DNA of 64,000 nt. It comes from Spirochaetaceae bacterium. GTDB lineage: Bacteria > Spirochaetota > Spirochaetia > DSM-27196 > SKKC01. The translations under genes were made by a program, and so were the position numbers. The stretch covers positions 2,744 to 66,743 of the forward strand of contig JBKHAN010000007.1 of NCBI GenBank assembly GCA_046542845.1, read 5' to 3'. Shown here piece by piece: positions 1-9,170 of the stretch (position 1 is the stretch's first letter; every line of letters begins with the position of its first letter). Below the pieces are notes generated by a model. That model was not told the DNA's origin, ran no database searches, and saw nothing but the letters and a program-made list of their open reading frames with translations.

Positions 1-250
1 TATGGGCAAGGAGTTTTCGAGTGCGAGTCGCTTCGTGATTCCACACTCCCGCGTTCATGTGCGGTGTGATGTGAACCCCGATGAGCCACAATTCGCCCCC
101 TCGTATTCGGGCGTACGAGTCAACGAAGTTAAACTTTCTGTCCTTGACAGATTTAACCTCGGTTCCGCTGAGTTCTACCCCGCATTCGATCTGCTCCTCG
201 ACATGAAACTCATGAAAGGCTTTTTTGTTTTTTACCAGTAGCTTGTCCAT
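1..250 (-). CDS. smpB: SsrA-binding protein SmpB (N-terminal part; 3' end lies beyond the window start)
   Basis: The reverse complement of 1-250 starts with ATG (complement of 248-250). It reads MDKLLVKNKKAFHEFHVEEQIECGVELSGTEVKSVKDRKFNFVDSYARIRGGELWLIGVHITPHMNAGVWNHEATRTRKLLAH. This matches the SmpB pattern (NKKA, G.EL.G.EVKS, DSYA, H.I.P, R.RKLL.H). It is absent from the ORF track because it has no in-window stop. Track ORF 2..241(+) is its antisense shadow. Confidence 0.85.
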   Translation of the reverse strand, partial: MDKLLVKNKKAFHEFHVEEQIECGVELSGTEVKSVKDRKFNFVDSYARIRGGELWLIGVHITPHMNAGVWNHEATRTRKLLAH

Positions 251-277
251 TTCTACGCTCCAGGGCTAAAGCCCGGG

Positions 278-1966
278 CTACTCAACTTCGCCGATTACAA
301 GACGGAACCCGAGAAAGGGTGTGGACCAGTGTGCAGGCTGGCCGCCTCGACTCTCGATCCCTACCGCCGCGCGGGTATTCGCCCACGATCCACCCCGTAC
401 AACCCGGGGGAACGTATTCCCCGGACCTTCGTCAGATAGCGGTCGTTCAAAACGAAGGACATCGGAGGAACGATACCACGGGTCGGCGGTCCATTCCCAC
501 ACGTTTCCCAGCATGTCTTCAAGTCCGAGCCGGCCCGTGCGCTCGCCGGTCAGCACAGCGGGCCCGGTCGAGCGGGAGAATGCAAATGACTGTGCCCCGT
601 ACTCGTGGCGATCGAGGATTGCAGCCCATGCCCATTCCGCCTCGCCCGGCAGACGTGCGCGAAGATCCGAACCGATACGTTCGATCTCACCCGAGTACCG
701 TTCGTCGAACCACCGTGCGTATTCCGTCGCTGCATGCCAGCTTACTCCGGTCACCGGTCGGTTGTCAGGTGCGCCGTTGAAGTCTGCGAGGTATCCCTCG
801 TCCACGAGTTCCAGAGAGTACAGCTCTTCATATGCCGTAGAGCGCCACTCGGGATTTTCGTCGAGAAACTCCCGGAACTCACCCACGGTGACAGGTCGGG
901 TCGAGACCCAGAATTGAGACAGGGCAACGTTGGTGCGGGCTGGAGATCTGTCTTCCACTCCAAGGGCGGGGCGGAAACCGAGCAGCACTTCGCCGGCCGG
1001 CACGGGCTGAAACAGCGACCCGCCGATGTCCAGCGGCGCCTCAGTTTGTGCTTCAGTGGCGGTCGCGAGTACATACTCGCTGTACCCGTTTTCCAGCGCG
1101 CGATTCGCTTCAAGCTCTGCCTGGTATGAATCGCTTGCCCGAAGATCGTCAACCATATCGGAAGGGAGTATCGTTGCCAGCCAGCGCCCCCAGTTTTGAG
1201 AAAACACTTCATACTGTTCAAAAAAAGATACAATTTCGTCCGGTTGCGGCAGTTCTGACGTCCGCTCGGTCTCCTGTCGCGTGCGTGTATCGAGTGCCTG
1301 CACCAGATCCTGTAGAAGTGCAGCCGACGTGACGTCCTGCAGTCGTGGTAAGAGAAACCCGGTACGCTCGTTCGCATCCACGCCGAGCGCCGAGAGATCG
1401 CGTGCCGCAGGCACAAGGATAGGCGGAACCGGCCTGTCGGGCCGTTCTGCCCCGAGTGCGGCCCACTCTGAAAAGTCGCGAGAGGCTTCACGGATAATAG
1501 CCGCTGCACTCGCCTCAACGGAATCCCGAGGTCCGAGCGAAACGTTCAGATCATCGGTCTCCGGAGCGATCAGAGAGCCGAAAATGCGACCGCTCACTGC
1601 TATTTCGCGCTCCTCGGCAGCGAAGAACGGACGGAGAAATGTTACGGTATGCGACCCGGCCGGTACGTCATAGGTAAGCGGAGTCGAGCCGATCCTGCGA
1701 CCGTTGAGATGAACACTTGCTCCTTCGGGCGTTGAATCGAACTGGTATACCACGTGACGATCAAGGAGTCCCGGCAGGAGCAGAAAGCCCAGGAGTATCA
1801 CGGCACCTGCGACCGACAGGACTACAGCAAGCCATTTGCCCGGCTCCATCCCGAACACGGGTTTCAGGTGCACGGGCTCCACCTCAATCGTCGATGCCTC
1901 GGCCTTCGACATTGCCGCGGGGGTGTCTCCGGAACTCGTACGGCTTTTTTTCTCGCGGTGCTTCAT
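278..1966 (-). CDS. Membrane-anchored PEGA-domain / FGE-sulfatase (SUMF1-like) domain protein
   Basis: 562-aa ORF with a TM helix (WLAVVLSVAGAVILLGFLLLPGLL) and a PEGA-like segment (STPEGASVHLNGRRIGSTPLTYDVPAGSHTVTF). The C-terminus carries formylglycine-generating-enzyme-fold motifs (VTGVSWHAATEYARW, GNVWEWTADPW, RVVRGGSWAN, FLGFRLV). It ends 27 nt upstream of smpB on the same strand. Confidence 0.75.
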   Translation of the reverse strand: MKHREKKSRTSSGDTPAAMSKAEASTIEVEPVHLKPVFGMEPGKWLAVVLSVAGAVILLGFLLLPGLLDRHVVYQFDSTPEGASVHLNGRRIGSTPLTYDVPAGSHTVTFLRPFFAAEEREIAVSGRIFGSLIAPETDDLNVSLGPRDSVEASAAAIIREASRDFSEWAALGAERPDRPVPPILVPAARDLSALGVDANERTGFLLPRLQDVTSAALLQDLVQALDTRTRQETERTSELPQPDEIVSFFEQYEVFSQNWGRWLATILPSDMVDDLRASDSYQAELEANRALENGYSEYVLATATEAQTEAPLDIGGSLFQPVPAGEVLLGFRPALGVEDRSPARTNVALSQFWVSTRPVTVGEFREFLDENPEWRSTAYEELYSLELVDEGYLADFNGAPDNRPVTGVSWHAATEYARWFDERYSGEIERIGSDLRARLPGEAEWAWAAILDRHEYGAQSFAFSRSTGPAVLTGERTGRLGLEDMLGNVWEWTADPWYRSSDVLRFERPLSDEGPGNTFPRVVRGGSWANTRAAVGIESRGGQPAHWSTPFLGFRLVIGEVE

Positions 1967-2078
1967 GGTTCGCAGGAGTATAGGAACGGGGGAACAGGGG
2001 TGTCAATGTGGAAGCGGATCGGGACGGTGTGTTGCCCCGGCACACAGCGAGATGCTATTGTTCCGTCGGTCAAACAAC

Positions 2079-3056
2079 ATGAGCAACCGGTATCATACGC
2101 TACAGATAAAAACCGAACGCTTCCTCACCTGGCGGAAAGCCCGCAAGGAGCGCGCGAAGAGAAAACAGGCGGCGAAAAACAATATCCTGAGCTGGATAGA
2201 GAGCTTTCTCTGGGCGGCGGTCGTGGTGCTGTTTCTGAATCAGTTTCTTATTCAGGCCTACGTCATTCCGTCGGGTTCCATGATACCCACGCTGGAAATC
2301 GGTGACCGTATCTTCGTAAATAAAGCGGTCTTCGGGCCGGAACTCATACCGGGATACGGAAAGTTACCCGGGATCCGGATTCCTCAACGCGACGAGATCG
2401 TTATTTTTGAGAATCCGTCGTACGAGTCCCGCCCCCCGGCCGTGGAACTCTTTCACCGTCTCGTCTTCATGCTGACGCTCAGTCTTGTAAACCTCGACCG
2501 GGACGAGTTCGGTCGCCCGCGTGAACAGTTCCTGATCAAACGCGCCGCCGCATACGAGGGCGACAGAATACGCATCGTGGACGGTGAGCACGAGTTTCGT
2601 GCTCACGGGGAATCGCGGTGGATGAGCGAAGCGGAACACCGCGAGCTCCATGGACTCGGGTATCCGGTTCAGCGGCTCGTCGACGCATCAAGCATGGAGG
2701 CCTTCGTAGACGCGGGACGTGCGCGTGCGCGGGCAGACCTTGGCCTGTCTGTTTCGCGTGAACTGCGAGACTCGGTCGCACGCGCGTCCGACGCACAGGT
2801 TACCGACAGGTTTGCGCTGAACGAAGGCTACAACGCTACGCGCTACCAGGCATCCCCGAACAGCTCGCGCTTCGAACGGCTTCACCACGAAGCTGTCGTC
2901 GGATGGTACGTTCCCGACGGGCACCTCATGGGGCTCGGCGACAACAGGGACAACAGCCGCGACGGACGCGATTTCGGTCCGGTTGCCCTCGATGCGATTC
3001 TGGGGCGGGCCATGGTCCGCTACTGGCCTGCGGGGCGTATAGGAGCCATTCGTTAG
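2079..3056 (+). CDS. lepB: Signal peptidase I (S26), catalytically intact
   Basis: All S26 boxes are present: IPSGSMIPTL (Ser nucleophile), RDEIVIF, LIKRAAAYEGD (general-base Lys) and GDNRDNSRDGRDFGPV. I moved the start from the track ORF start (1836) to ATG 2079 (MSNRYH...), because 1836-1966 overlaps the divergent gene. ATG 2052 is an alternative start. Confidence 0.85.
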   Translation: MSNRYHTLQIKTERFLTWRKARKERAKRKQAAKNNILSWIESFLWAAVVVLFLNQFLIQAYVIPSGSMIPTLEIGDRIFVNKAVFGPELIPGYGKLPGIRIPQRDEIVIFENPSYESRPPAVELFHRLVFMLTLSLVNLDRDEFGRPREQFLIKRAAAYEGDRIRIVDGEHEFRAHGESRWMSEAEHRELHGLGYPVQRLVDASSMEAFVDAGRARARADLGLSVSRELRDSVARASDAQVTDRFALNEGYNATRYQASPNSSRFERLHHEAVVGWYVPDGHLMGLGDNRDNSRDGRDFGPVALDAILGRAMVRYWPAGRIGAIR

Positions 3057-3058
3057 TT

Positions 3059-3814
3059 ATGCTGAGCAGTGTCAGGGGTACGAGCACATACCGCGGACCG
3101 GAAGACCATTCGGCGGGACACCGCATTCGCATCCTCTTGACGATCCTGATTGTATTCCTCGTCTGGTATCGGCTTTTTACCTTTTTTTTCGCCGCGGGTG
3201 TTCGCGTCGAGGCAGACGGTATGGAACCGACGATCTCCGCCGGCGACGGACTCATCGTTTCGCGTATGAGCTACGGCCTACCGCTTCCGTTCACAGACGC
3301 CCGAATCGGGGAAGCCGACCCAGAGTACGACGATCTAGTGGTGTTTACGCCGAATGAAGTTCGTCCCGCACCCGCAATCCTGCGGGCTGCCGACGGCATC
3401 GTGCGCCTTTTGAGTTTCGAGCGACTCACGCTCCGTAATCTCCACGGTCGCGAATGGGAACCAGGAACTCGGGTCGCACGCGTCATCGCAGGTCCTGGTG
3501 ATACGGTATTCATGGAATCGTGGCACTACCGTGTGCAACCCGAAGGAAGCAATACGAGCCGTCCGGATCTTGACGAACGCGACGGGTCGGTGCGGATGCA
3601 ACGGCCGGAGACCCGGATCCCTCCCGATGTTGTCGTTCCCCTGTCTGGAAACATGTCCGCTGTCACGCTTGCAGACGACGAGTTCTGGCTTGCCGGTGAC
3701 AACCGGGGGCGCGCCTTCGATTCTGTTCATACAGGTCCTGTATCACGTTCTCAGATACACGCGAGGGTCGTTTTCAGGTTTCGGCCGCTACCGCGCTTCG
3801 GGGGATTACGATAG
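3059..3814 (+). CDS. Signal peptidase I-like protein lacking the catalytic Ser/Lys dyad (putative pseudo-peptidase)
   Basis: Starts at ATG 3059, 2 nt after the lepB stop (MLSSVRG...), with a TM anchor ([23 protein letters not shown]). S26 fold motifs are retained, but the active-site positions are replaced: [12 protein letters not shown] (Ser->Gly), [10 protein letters not shown] (Lys->Ala), [16 protein letters not shown] (box-E Ser lost). Confidence 0.75.
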   Translation: MLSSVRGTSTYRGPEDHSAGHRIRILLTILIVFLVWYRLFTFFFAAGVRVEADGMEPTISAGDGLIVSRMSYGLPLPFTDARIGEADPEYDDLVVFTPNEVRPAPAILRAADGIVRLLSFERLTLRNLHGREWEPGTRVARVIAGPGDTVFMESWHYRVQPEGSNTSRPDLDERDGSVRMQRPETRIPPDVVVPLSGNMSAVTLADDEFWLAGDNRGRAFDSVHTGPVSRSQIHARVVFRFRPLPRFGGLR

Positions 3815-3819
3815 ACTGT

Positions 3820-3848
3820 GGCCCGGAACGGCCCGGGTTTATTTTTTT
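3820..3848 (+). terminator. Candidate intrinsic terminator after the lepB pair
   Basis: GC stem cccgg (3822-3826) pairs with ccggg (3833-3837) around a 6-nt loop. It is followed directly by tttattttttt (3838-3848) and sits 6 nt after the stop codon at 3812-3814. Confidence 0.6.
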
Positions 3849-3896
3849 CCGGTTAAACGCATACAATACACACAGAATAGAAGAGGAAGTAGACAC

Positions 3897-4640
3897 ATGT
3901 CAGGTCACAGTAAATGGGCGACTATACGCCACAAAAAGGGAGCTGCAGACGCGAAGCGCGGCAAGCTGTTCACCAAGCTTATCAAGGAAATTATTGTATC
4001 GGCACGAGAAGGCGGAGGTGATACCGAGGCGAATCCGCGACTTCGGACGGCGGTTCTCAAGGCAAAAGCCGCCAACATGCCCAAGGACAATATCGAACGC
4101 GCGATCAAGAAAGGAACGGGCGACCTTGAAGGGGCCGATTACGTCGAACTCTCCTACGAAGGCTACGGTCCCGGCGGGGTCGCCATCATGGTTGAATGTC
4201 TGACCGACAACAGGAATCGAACCGCTGCGGACGTTCGCAGTATTTTCAGCAAGAGCGGCGGAAATCTGGGAGAATCCGGCTGTGTAAGCTATCTGTTCTC
4301 GCGAAAGGGGATCATTCACTACAGCACCGAACGTTATACCGAAGACGAGATTCTTGAGCAGGCGCTCGAAGCGGGAGCCGCAGACGTGAGTACCGAAGGC
4401 GATCAGATTGAGGTAACCTCCGCCCCGGAGGACTTTGAAGCGGTTCTTAAGGCTATGGAGGAGGCATCCTTCGAGCACGAGTTCGCCGAAGTCGCCAGAG
4501 TACCCGAGGCGACCGTAGCGCTCGACGAGGATGGAACCCGAAAAGCGCTGAAGATCATCGAAGCACTCGACGATCACGACGACGTGCAAAATGTTTCAAC
4601 AAACCTCGATATACCCGACGACTTCGACAGCGATTCATGA
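3897..4640 (+). CDS. yebC: YebC/PmpR family transcriptional regulator
   Basis: [32 protein letters not shown]... is the canonical YebC N-terminus. ATG 3897 is preceded by AAGAGGAAG. The track ORF start at 3498 is an unsupported 5' extension. Confidence 0.9.
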   Translation: MSGHSKWATIRHKKGAADAKRGKLFTKLIKEIIVSAREGGGDTEANPRLRTAVLKAKAANMPKDNIERAIKKGTGDLEGADYVELSYEGYGPGGVAIMVECLTDNRNRTAADVRSIFSKSGGNLGESGCVSYLFSRKGIIHYSTERYTEDEILEQALEAGAADVSTEGDQIEVTSAPEDFEAVLKAMEEASFEHEFAEVARVPEATVALDEDGTRKALKIIEALDDHDDVQNVSTNLDIPDDFDSDS

Positions 4641-5152
4641 CGGCACTTCTCGGCATTGATCCCGGGCTGGCTTCAACAGGCTACGGGGTCATTGCAGTCG
4701 ACGGCAACCGGATCAGACATCTCGCACACGGAGTAATCACGACGACGGCGTCCGACGCGACGGGGTTGCGACTGGAGCAGATTTTTTCACAGCTCGAGTC
4801 GCTTATTATCCGGTACAGACCGGTCGAAGCGGGTGTTGAGTCGCTGTATTTTTCCAGGAACATCACGAGTGCGATACCGGTCGCCCACGCGCGCGGAGTA
4901 GTCCTGCTCGCGCTCGCGCAGGCCGGCGTCGTCGCACACGAATATACTCCGCAGGCGATCAAGAGCGCGATCGTGGGCGAGGGCCGTGCGGATAAGCGGC
5001 AGATCATAGAGTTCGTCCGTGTTCTCCTGAATCTTCCCGAGGCCCCCGGGCCGGACCACGCCGCCGACGCGCTCGCCGCGGCGATCTGTCACAACAATAA
5101 TCGCAGTTACATCTCGCTGAAGCAGGCCGCAGTAAAAAAGGCTTCGCCATGA
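4637..5152 (+). CDS. ruvC: Holliday junction resolvase RuvC
   Basis: [15 protein letters not shown] (catalytic Asp), VESLYF (Glu) and [14 protein letters not shown]. Its ATGA overlaps the yebC stop. Confidence 0.9.
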   Translation: MTALLGIDPGLASTGYGVIAVDGNRIRHLAHGVITTTASDATGLRLEQIFSQLESLIIRYRPVEAGVESLYFSRNITSAIPVAHARGVVLLALAQAGVVAHEYTPQAIKSAIVGEGRADKRQIIEFVRVLLNLPEAPGPDHAADALAAAICHNNNRSYISLKQAAVKKASP

Positions 5153-5733
5153 TCAACAGTCTCGAGGGAACGCTCAGTTCACACGGAGCTGATTTTGTGA
5201 GACTGAAGGTCGGCGGTTTGGAGTTTCACCTTGAGACGTCGGAGCAGACGGTACGCTCACTTCCGAACACTGGTTCTGAGGTCCGGCTTCTGACCTATCT
5301 GTACGTACGTGAAGACATGCTGAGACTCTACGGTTTTTCCCGGGAAATGGAGCGCTCGCTTTTTCTGCAGTTGCTGACCGTGAGTGGAATTGGGCCCAAA
5401 CAGGCGCTCAAACTTCTTACAGCTGCACCTGCTGAACGCCTGCTGGGAATGCTTGAAAGCGAGGACGTCGACGCGCTCGCTTCGCTTCCCGGCCTCGGGA
5501 AAAAAACCGCGGGTAAGATAGTGCTTCAACTACGCGGAAAACTTACCCAGGATACAGAATCCGGCGGTGGGACCTGGGATGATCTGGTGTCCGGCCTTGT
5601 TGAGATGGGGTACGATAAAGCGCACGCTACGAAAGCCGTGCAGCAGGCAGCCGCCGAAGCCGCCTCCGAAGGCGTCGAGGGCGCGGCGCTCGAACGGGAT
5701 GTATTCCGACGTGCGTTACTTTCGCTGGGGTAG
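5149..5733 (+). CDS. ruvA: Holliday junction branch migration protein RuvA
   Basis: MINSLEGTL..., HhH motifs (LLTVSGIGPKQALKLL and LASLPGLGKKTAGKIVLQL) and a C-terminal domain III. It overlaps the ruvC stop by 4 nt. Confidence 0.9.
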   Translation: MINSLEGTLSSHGADFVRLKVGGLEFHLETSEQTVRSLPNTGSEVRLLTYLYVREDMLRLYGFSREMERSLFLQLLTVSGIGPKQALKLLTAAPAERLLGMLESEDVDALASLPGLGKKTAGKIVLQLRGKLTQDTESGGGTWDDLVSGLVEMGYDKAHATKAVQQAAAEAASEGVEGAALERDVFRRALLSLG

Positions 5734-5739
5734 GTGGGG

Positions 5740-6777
5740 ATGAACGATTTTGAAGACGGCATTCTCAACAGCGACATGCGCGACGATGAACAGTTTGAAG
5801 TGCGTCTGCGCCCACAGAGGCTCGAAGAGTTTCAGGGCCAGACAGCGGTTAAGGATAACCTCAAGGTTTTTGTGTCGGCGGCGCTCGGTCGACAGTCGGC
5901 TCTGGATCATGTCTTTTTAAGCGGCCCTCCCGGCCTGGGCAAGACGACGCTTGCCGGAATACTTGCTCAGGAAATGGGAGCAGAATTCAAGGTAACCTCC
6001 GCACCCGCTCTGGAGAAGCCCAAGGATCTCGCCGGATTGCTCACGTCCATGAGCGACGGAGCGCTTTTTTTTATCGACGAGATACACCGCTTGAAGCCGG
6101 CGATTGAGGAGATGCTTTACATCGCCATGGAAGACTACGAACTCGACTGGATTATAGGCCAGGGACCGGCTGCCCGTAACATTCGTATCCCGCTTCCGCC
6201 GTTTACCCTGCTTGGTGCCACAACGAAACCGGGAAAGGTAGCGGGTCCACTCTACAGCCGTTTTGGCATTACCGTTCGACTTGAGCTGTACAGCGAAGAG
6301 GAGATTCTCCTTGTTCTACACCGCTCAGCAAAACTGCTTGGCATACCATGCACCGACGAGGCGCTTCGCATGCTCGCTCGAAGCTCGCGCGGAACACCTC
6401 GCGTCGCCAACCGTCTGCTTCGGCGTGTCCGGGACTTTGCAGAGGTTCTCCACGACGGAACCATACAGGCATCCGTGGTCGAACAGGCACTTGAGCGGTT
6501 GTATATAGATTCCATAGGCCTCGAACGACACGACAGGGAAATACTCAGGACCATTATCAAGAACTACGGTGGAGGCCCGGTCGGAGCTGAAACCCTCGCG
6601 ATATCAGTCGGTGAATCGATAGATACCCTCGAAGACTTCTATGAACCGTATCTGATCCGCAGCGGGCTTCTGAAACGGACACCACGAGGTCGGATGGTTA
6701 CACCCCAGGCATACGTGCATCTGGGCATTCCGCAACCGGGAACACAGGACAATGGAAACGAACAGCTTCTCTTTTGA
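5740..6777 (+). CDS. ruvB: Holliday junction DNA helicase RuvB
   Basis: [12 protein letters not shown], Walker [12 protein letters not shown], Walker [10 protein letters not shown] and sensor GATT...SRFG. I prefer ATG 5740. The track starts at GTG 5734, directly after the ruvA stop. Confidence 0.9.
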   Translation: MNDFEDGILNSDMRDDEQFEVRLRPQRLEEFQGQTAVKDNLKVFVSAALGRQSALDHVFLSGPPGLGKTTLAGILAQEMGAEFKVTSAPALEKPKDLAGLLTSMSDGALFFIDEIHRLKPAIEEMLYIAMEDYELDWIIGQGPAARNIRIPLPPFTLLGATTKPGKVAGPLYSRFGITVRLELYSEEEILLVLHRSAKLLGIPCTDEALRMLARSSRGTPRVANRLLRRVRDFAEVLHDGTIQASVVEQALERLYIDSIGLERHDREILRTIIKNYGGGPVGAETLAISVGESIDTLEDFYEPYLIRSGLLKRTPRGRMVTPQAYVHLGIPQPGTQDNGNEQLLF

Positions 6778-7807
6778 TCTTCCTCAGGAACTCATAGCAC
6801 AGACCCCGGCTGACAGGCGGGACCAGACGCGCCTTCTCGTCAGCACCTTCGAAACCGAGGGCGAGGGGGAGCGGGTCGAGCACATGCACACGAGGGATTT
6901 TCCCGAGCATGTACCCGGCGATGCAGTTCTCGTCGTAAACGACTCAAAGGTCCGAAAATCACGATTGCTCGCGAAACACGAGCACGGAACGACGAGTCGC
7001 GACTGCGAAGTTCTCTTTCTTTCTGCAGCCGACAGCGGTCGCGTCTGGGATGTAATGCTCGGAAAGGCCGGACGGCACCCGGAGTCGGGTGCGTATCTGC
7101 TTCCCGGTGGTCGCCGGGGTACCGTTACAGGCCGCACTGAAGATACGTTCAGGATGGAGCTCGACGAAGCGCTCGACGAACCCTGGTTTCAGCAATTCGG
7201 TCACGTGCCGCTTCCACCCTACATTAAACGCGATGATTCACTCGAGGACGAACAGCGGTATCAGACGGTGTACGCGCGGGAGTTCGGGTCGGCGGCGGCG
7301 CCAACGGCGGGTCTGCACTTCACGACCGAGATGCTTGACCGTATTCGCGAACGGGGGGTCCAGATTGCCCCGGTAACGCTGCACGTCGGTATCGGGACCT
7401 TCGCGCCAATTCGGACCGACACGGTCGAAGCGCACCACATGCACGAGGAACGGTACCACATTACCGAGGAAACGGCTGCTGTCATAAACCGGGCCCTTGA
7501 AGACCGACGGCCGGTGGTCGCGGTGGGAACGACATCTGTTCGAACACTTGAAAGCGCCGTAACCGAATCGGGCACGATCAGGGCAGGATCCGATGCTACG
7601 AGTCTGTATATTTATCCGGGATATCAGTTCCGGGTCGTCCGAGAAATGTTCACGAATTTCCACACACCGGGCAGCAGCCTGGTCGTTATGGTTTCGGCCT
7701 TCGCCGGAATCGAACGGATCAGACGTCTGTACCAGCTCGCGATCGAGCACCGGTACCGTTTTTTCAGCTACGGTGACGCGATGTATCTGAAAAGACGGGA
7801 TCAGTAG
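6752..7807 (+). CDS. queA: S-adenosylmethionine:tRNA ribosyltransferase-isomerase QueA
   Basis: [59 protein letters not shown] and FHTPGSSL are QueA signature blocks. It overlaps the ruvB end by 26 nt. Confidence 0.9.
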   Translation: METNSFSFDLPQELIAQTPADRRDQTRLLVSTFETEGEGERVEHMHTRDFPEHVPGDAVLVVNDSKVRKSRLLAKHEHGTTSRDCEVLFLSAADSGRVWDVMLGKAGRHPESGAYLLPGGRRGTVTGRTEDTFRMELDEALDEPWFQQFGHVPLPPYIKRDDSLEDEQRYQTVYAREFGSAAAPTAGLHFTTEMLDRIRERGVQIAPVTLHVGIGTFAPIRTDTVEAHHMHEERYHITEETAAVINRALEDRRPVVAVGTTSVRTLESAVTESGTIRAGSDATSLYIYPGYQFRVVREMFTNFHTPGSSLVVMVSAFAGIERIRRLYQLAIEHRYRFFSYGDAMYLKRRDQ

Positions 7808-8427
7808 GTCTCCGGTCCCATTTCCAGGAACTCTTCGCGCACGAGATACAGCCGCTCCAGGTGTTCGTCTATGATCGCGTTGTAGTCAAGCTCCCCGGTC
7901 TCGATCCGGTAGTTCTCGTCTACCCAGTGCTGCACCTCTTCGAGGTGTACGAAGCGAAGTTGCCACGCGCGCTCGGACCAGACCAGGGCCTCGTCCCAGT
8001 AGATACGCGCGTACTGAAACAGGTCTTCGGCATGCTCAAGACTTTCCAGGTTCAGGTCGACCCACGGATAGTTGAAGAAATACGCGTTTTGCCGGTTGTA
8101 CCGATTCGCCCAGGCCAGGTACAGGTCCACGAGCAAAAGATTTACGTGCATGTTGAACAGATATCGGTATCGCTCCCAGTCCTCTTCGTCGTCGATTCGA
8201 GCAATCGCGTTTAAGGGGTTTGCAAAGTCAGCCCGTAAGGTCTGTTCAAGCCAGTAAATGTTCTCGTTCAGGTTCAGCGGCTGATTGTAGAACTGGCGTC
8301 GATACAGCCCATACAGCTGCTCCTTGTACAGGAGGCGGTAGGAAGACGCTGATGGGGCTGCCATGCACAGAACGATCACGAACAGAACGAGGCGGGAAAT
8401 CGCATTGCGAGGTAGTTGGTATCTCAC
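7801..8427 (-). CDS. Hypothetical secreted protein (Trp/Tyr-rich)
   Basis: 208-aa ORF with an N-terminal signal-like segment (RLVLFVIVLCMAAPSASS). It lies 17 nt downstream of tmk on the same strand. I recognise no motif. Confidence 0.6.
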   Translation of the reverse strand: MRYQLPRNAISRLVLFVIVLCMAAPSASSYRLLYKEQLYGLYRRQFYNQPLNLNENIYWLEQTLRADFANPLNAIARIDDEEDWERYRYLFNMHVNLLLVDLYLAWANRYNRQNAYFFNYPWVDLNLESLEHAEDLFQYARIYWDEALVWSERAWQLRFVHLEEVQHWVDENYRIETGELDYNAIIDEHLERLYLVREEFLEMGPETY

Positions 8428-8444
8428 ATCTCAAGTATCGGACG

Positions 8445-9071
8445 TCAGTGAATACACCTACAGACTTCCGCATGGACTTCCTCAACGGATTGCGTCCCGT
8501 CTATACGGTAAATACTGCTGCCATGGGCTGCCATATGATTCAGGGCGTGTTCATACGCTGCGAGGGTATCAAGCAGAAAAGCCTCCTGCTCGAAGATTTC
8601 CCGTTCACTGCGCATACTGAGTCGTGAAAGACAGACCGATACCGGGACGTCGAGAAAAAACAGGTGTCGTGGGACCGGCAGCTCACCATTAAAGGACAGG
8701 ACCTGCTGTATTCCGCAGGTAACCCCCTGGTAGGCGAGGCTTGAGGGGAGAAACCTGTCACAGACAACGTGCACGTCCGCATCGTGCCGCGCGAGAACCC
8801 CCTGTTCCGGGTCGAACATGTGAGACCTCCGGTCCGCAGCAAAAAGGAGCGCGAGCGCATGATGATCCGCATGCGAGCGGCCGGCGAGTATGTCACGGAT
8901 GTGAACCCCGACCGGCCCGTCGGTCGGCTCCCTGTCGAAGTCGACACGATGCCGCATGCCCTTGAGGTAGGATACGAGCATTTCCGATTGAGTCGTTGTA
9001 CCGGCTCCATCAAGGCCTTCGAACACGTAGAAACGATCGAGAACGCGTGACACGTTGTCTTCGGCTGCCAT
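8445..9071 (-). CDS. tmk: Thymidylate kinase-like protein with an atypical P-loop
   Basis: Tmk blocks are present: FEGLDGAGTTTQ (P-loop position), EPTDGPVG, ALLFAADR, CDRFLPSSLAYQG and a LID-like LSRLSMRSEREIFE. I moved the start to ATG 9071 (MAAEDN...), which has AGGAGG (complement of 9081-9086) 9 nt upstream. The track start is 9107. Confidence 0.75.
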   Translation of the reverse strand: MAAEDNVSRVLDRFYVFEGLDGAGTTTQSEMLVSYLKGMRHRVDFDREPTDGPVGVHIRDILAGRSHADHHALALLFAADRRSHMFDPEQGVLARHDADVHVVCDRFLPSSLAYQGVTCGIQQVLSFNGELPVPRHLFFLDVPVSVCLSRLSMRSEREIFEQEAFLLDTLAAYEHALNHMAAHGSSIYRIDGTQSVEEVHAEVCRCIH

Positions 9072-9170
9072 GTATATTCGCCTCCTGCCTTTTTTCCCTG
9101 TCTTCAATGTGTTACACTTGGAGAATCGGGGGAGTGGGGTGCGTAACGGGTAGCGGTAAGGTTAACTGAA

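Noticed and set aside
2-241. Track ORF 2..241(+), 79 aa.
   Set aside because: It lies exactly antisense to a clear SmpB reading frame on the minus strand. Its translation has no recognisable motif. I treat it as a shadow ORF.
278-700. The FGE-sulfatase/C-type-lectin-fold C-terminus as a possible diversity-generating-retroelement (DGR) variable region.
   Set aside because: There is no reverse transcriptase gene, no template-repeat copy and no Asn/AAC-rich variable codon pattern in the C-terminal segment (…RGGSWANTRAAVGIESRGGQPAHWSTPFLGFRLV). The flanks are smpB and lepB.
1836-2078. Long 5' extensions of track ORFs: 1836 for lepB, 2903 for the lepB paralogue, 3498 for yebC, 30144 for lptG, 47630 for scpA, 48456 for scpB and 56954 for the lipoprotein.
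   Set aside because: The extensions overlap upstream genes, lack homology and are Arg/Pro/Gly-rich, typical of out-of-context GC-rich frames. In each case an internal ATG coincides with the start of homology or of the signal peptide, often with a GGAG-type SD.
3521-3537. TGGCAC followed by TGTGCA, a sigma54 -24/-12-like sequence. A second TGGCAC lies at 54534-54539, upstream of the cyclase gene.
   Set aside because: At 3521 the GC of the -12 element is displaced by one nucleotide relative to GG-N10-GC, and the site is inside a coding region. At 54534 no TTGC follows at the required spacing.
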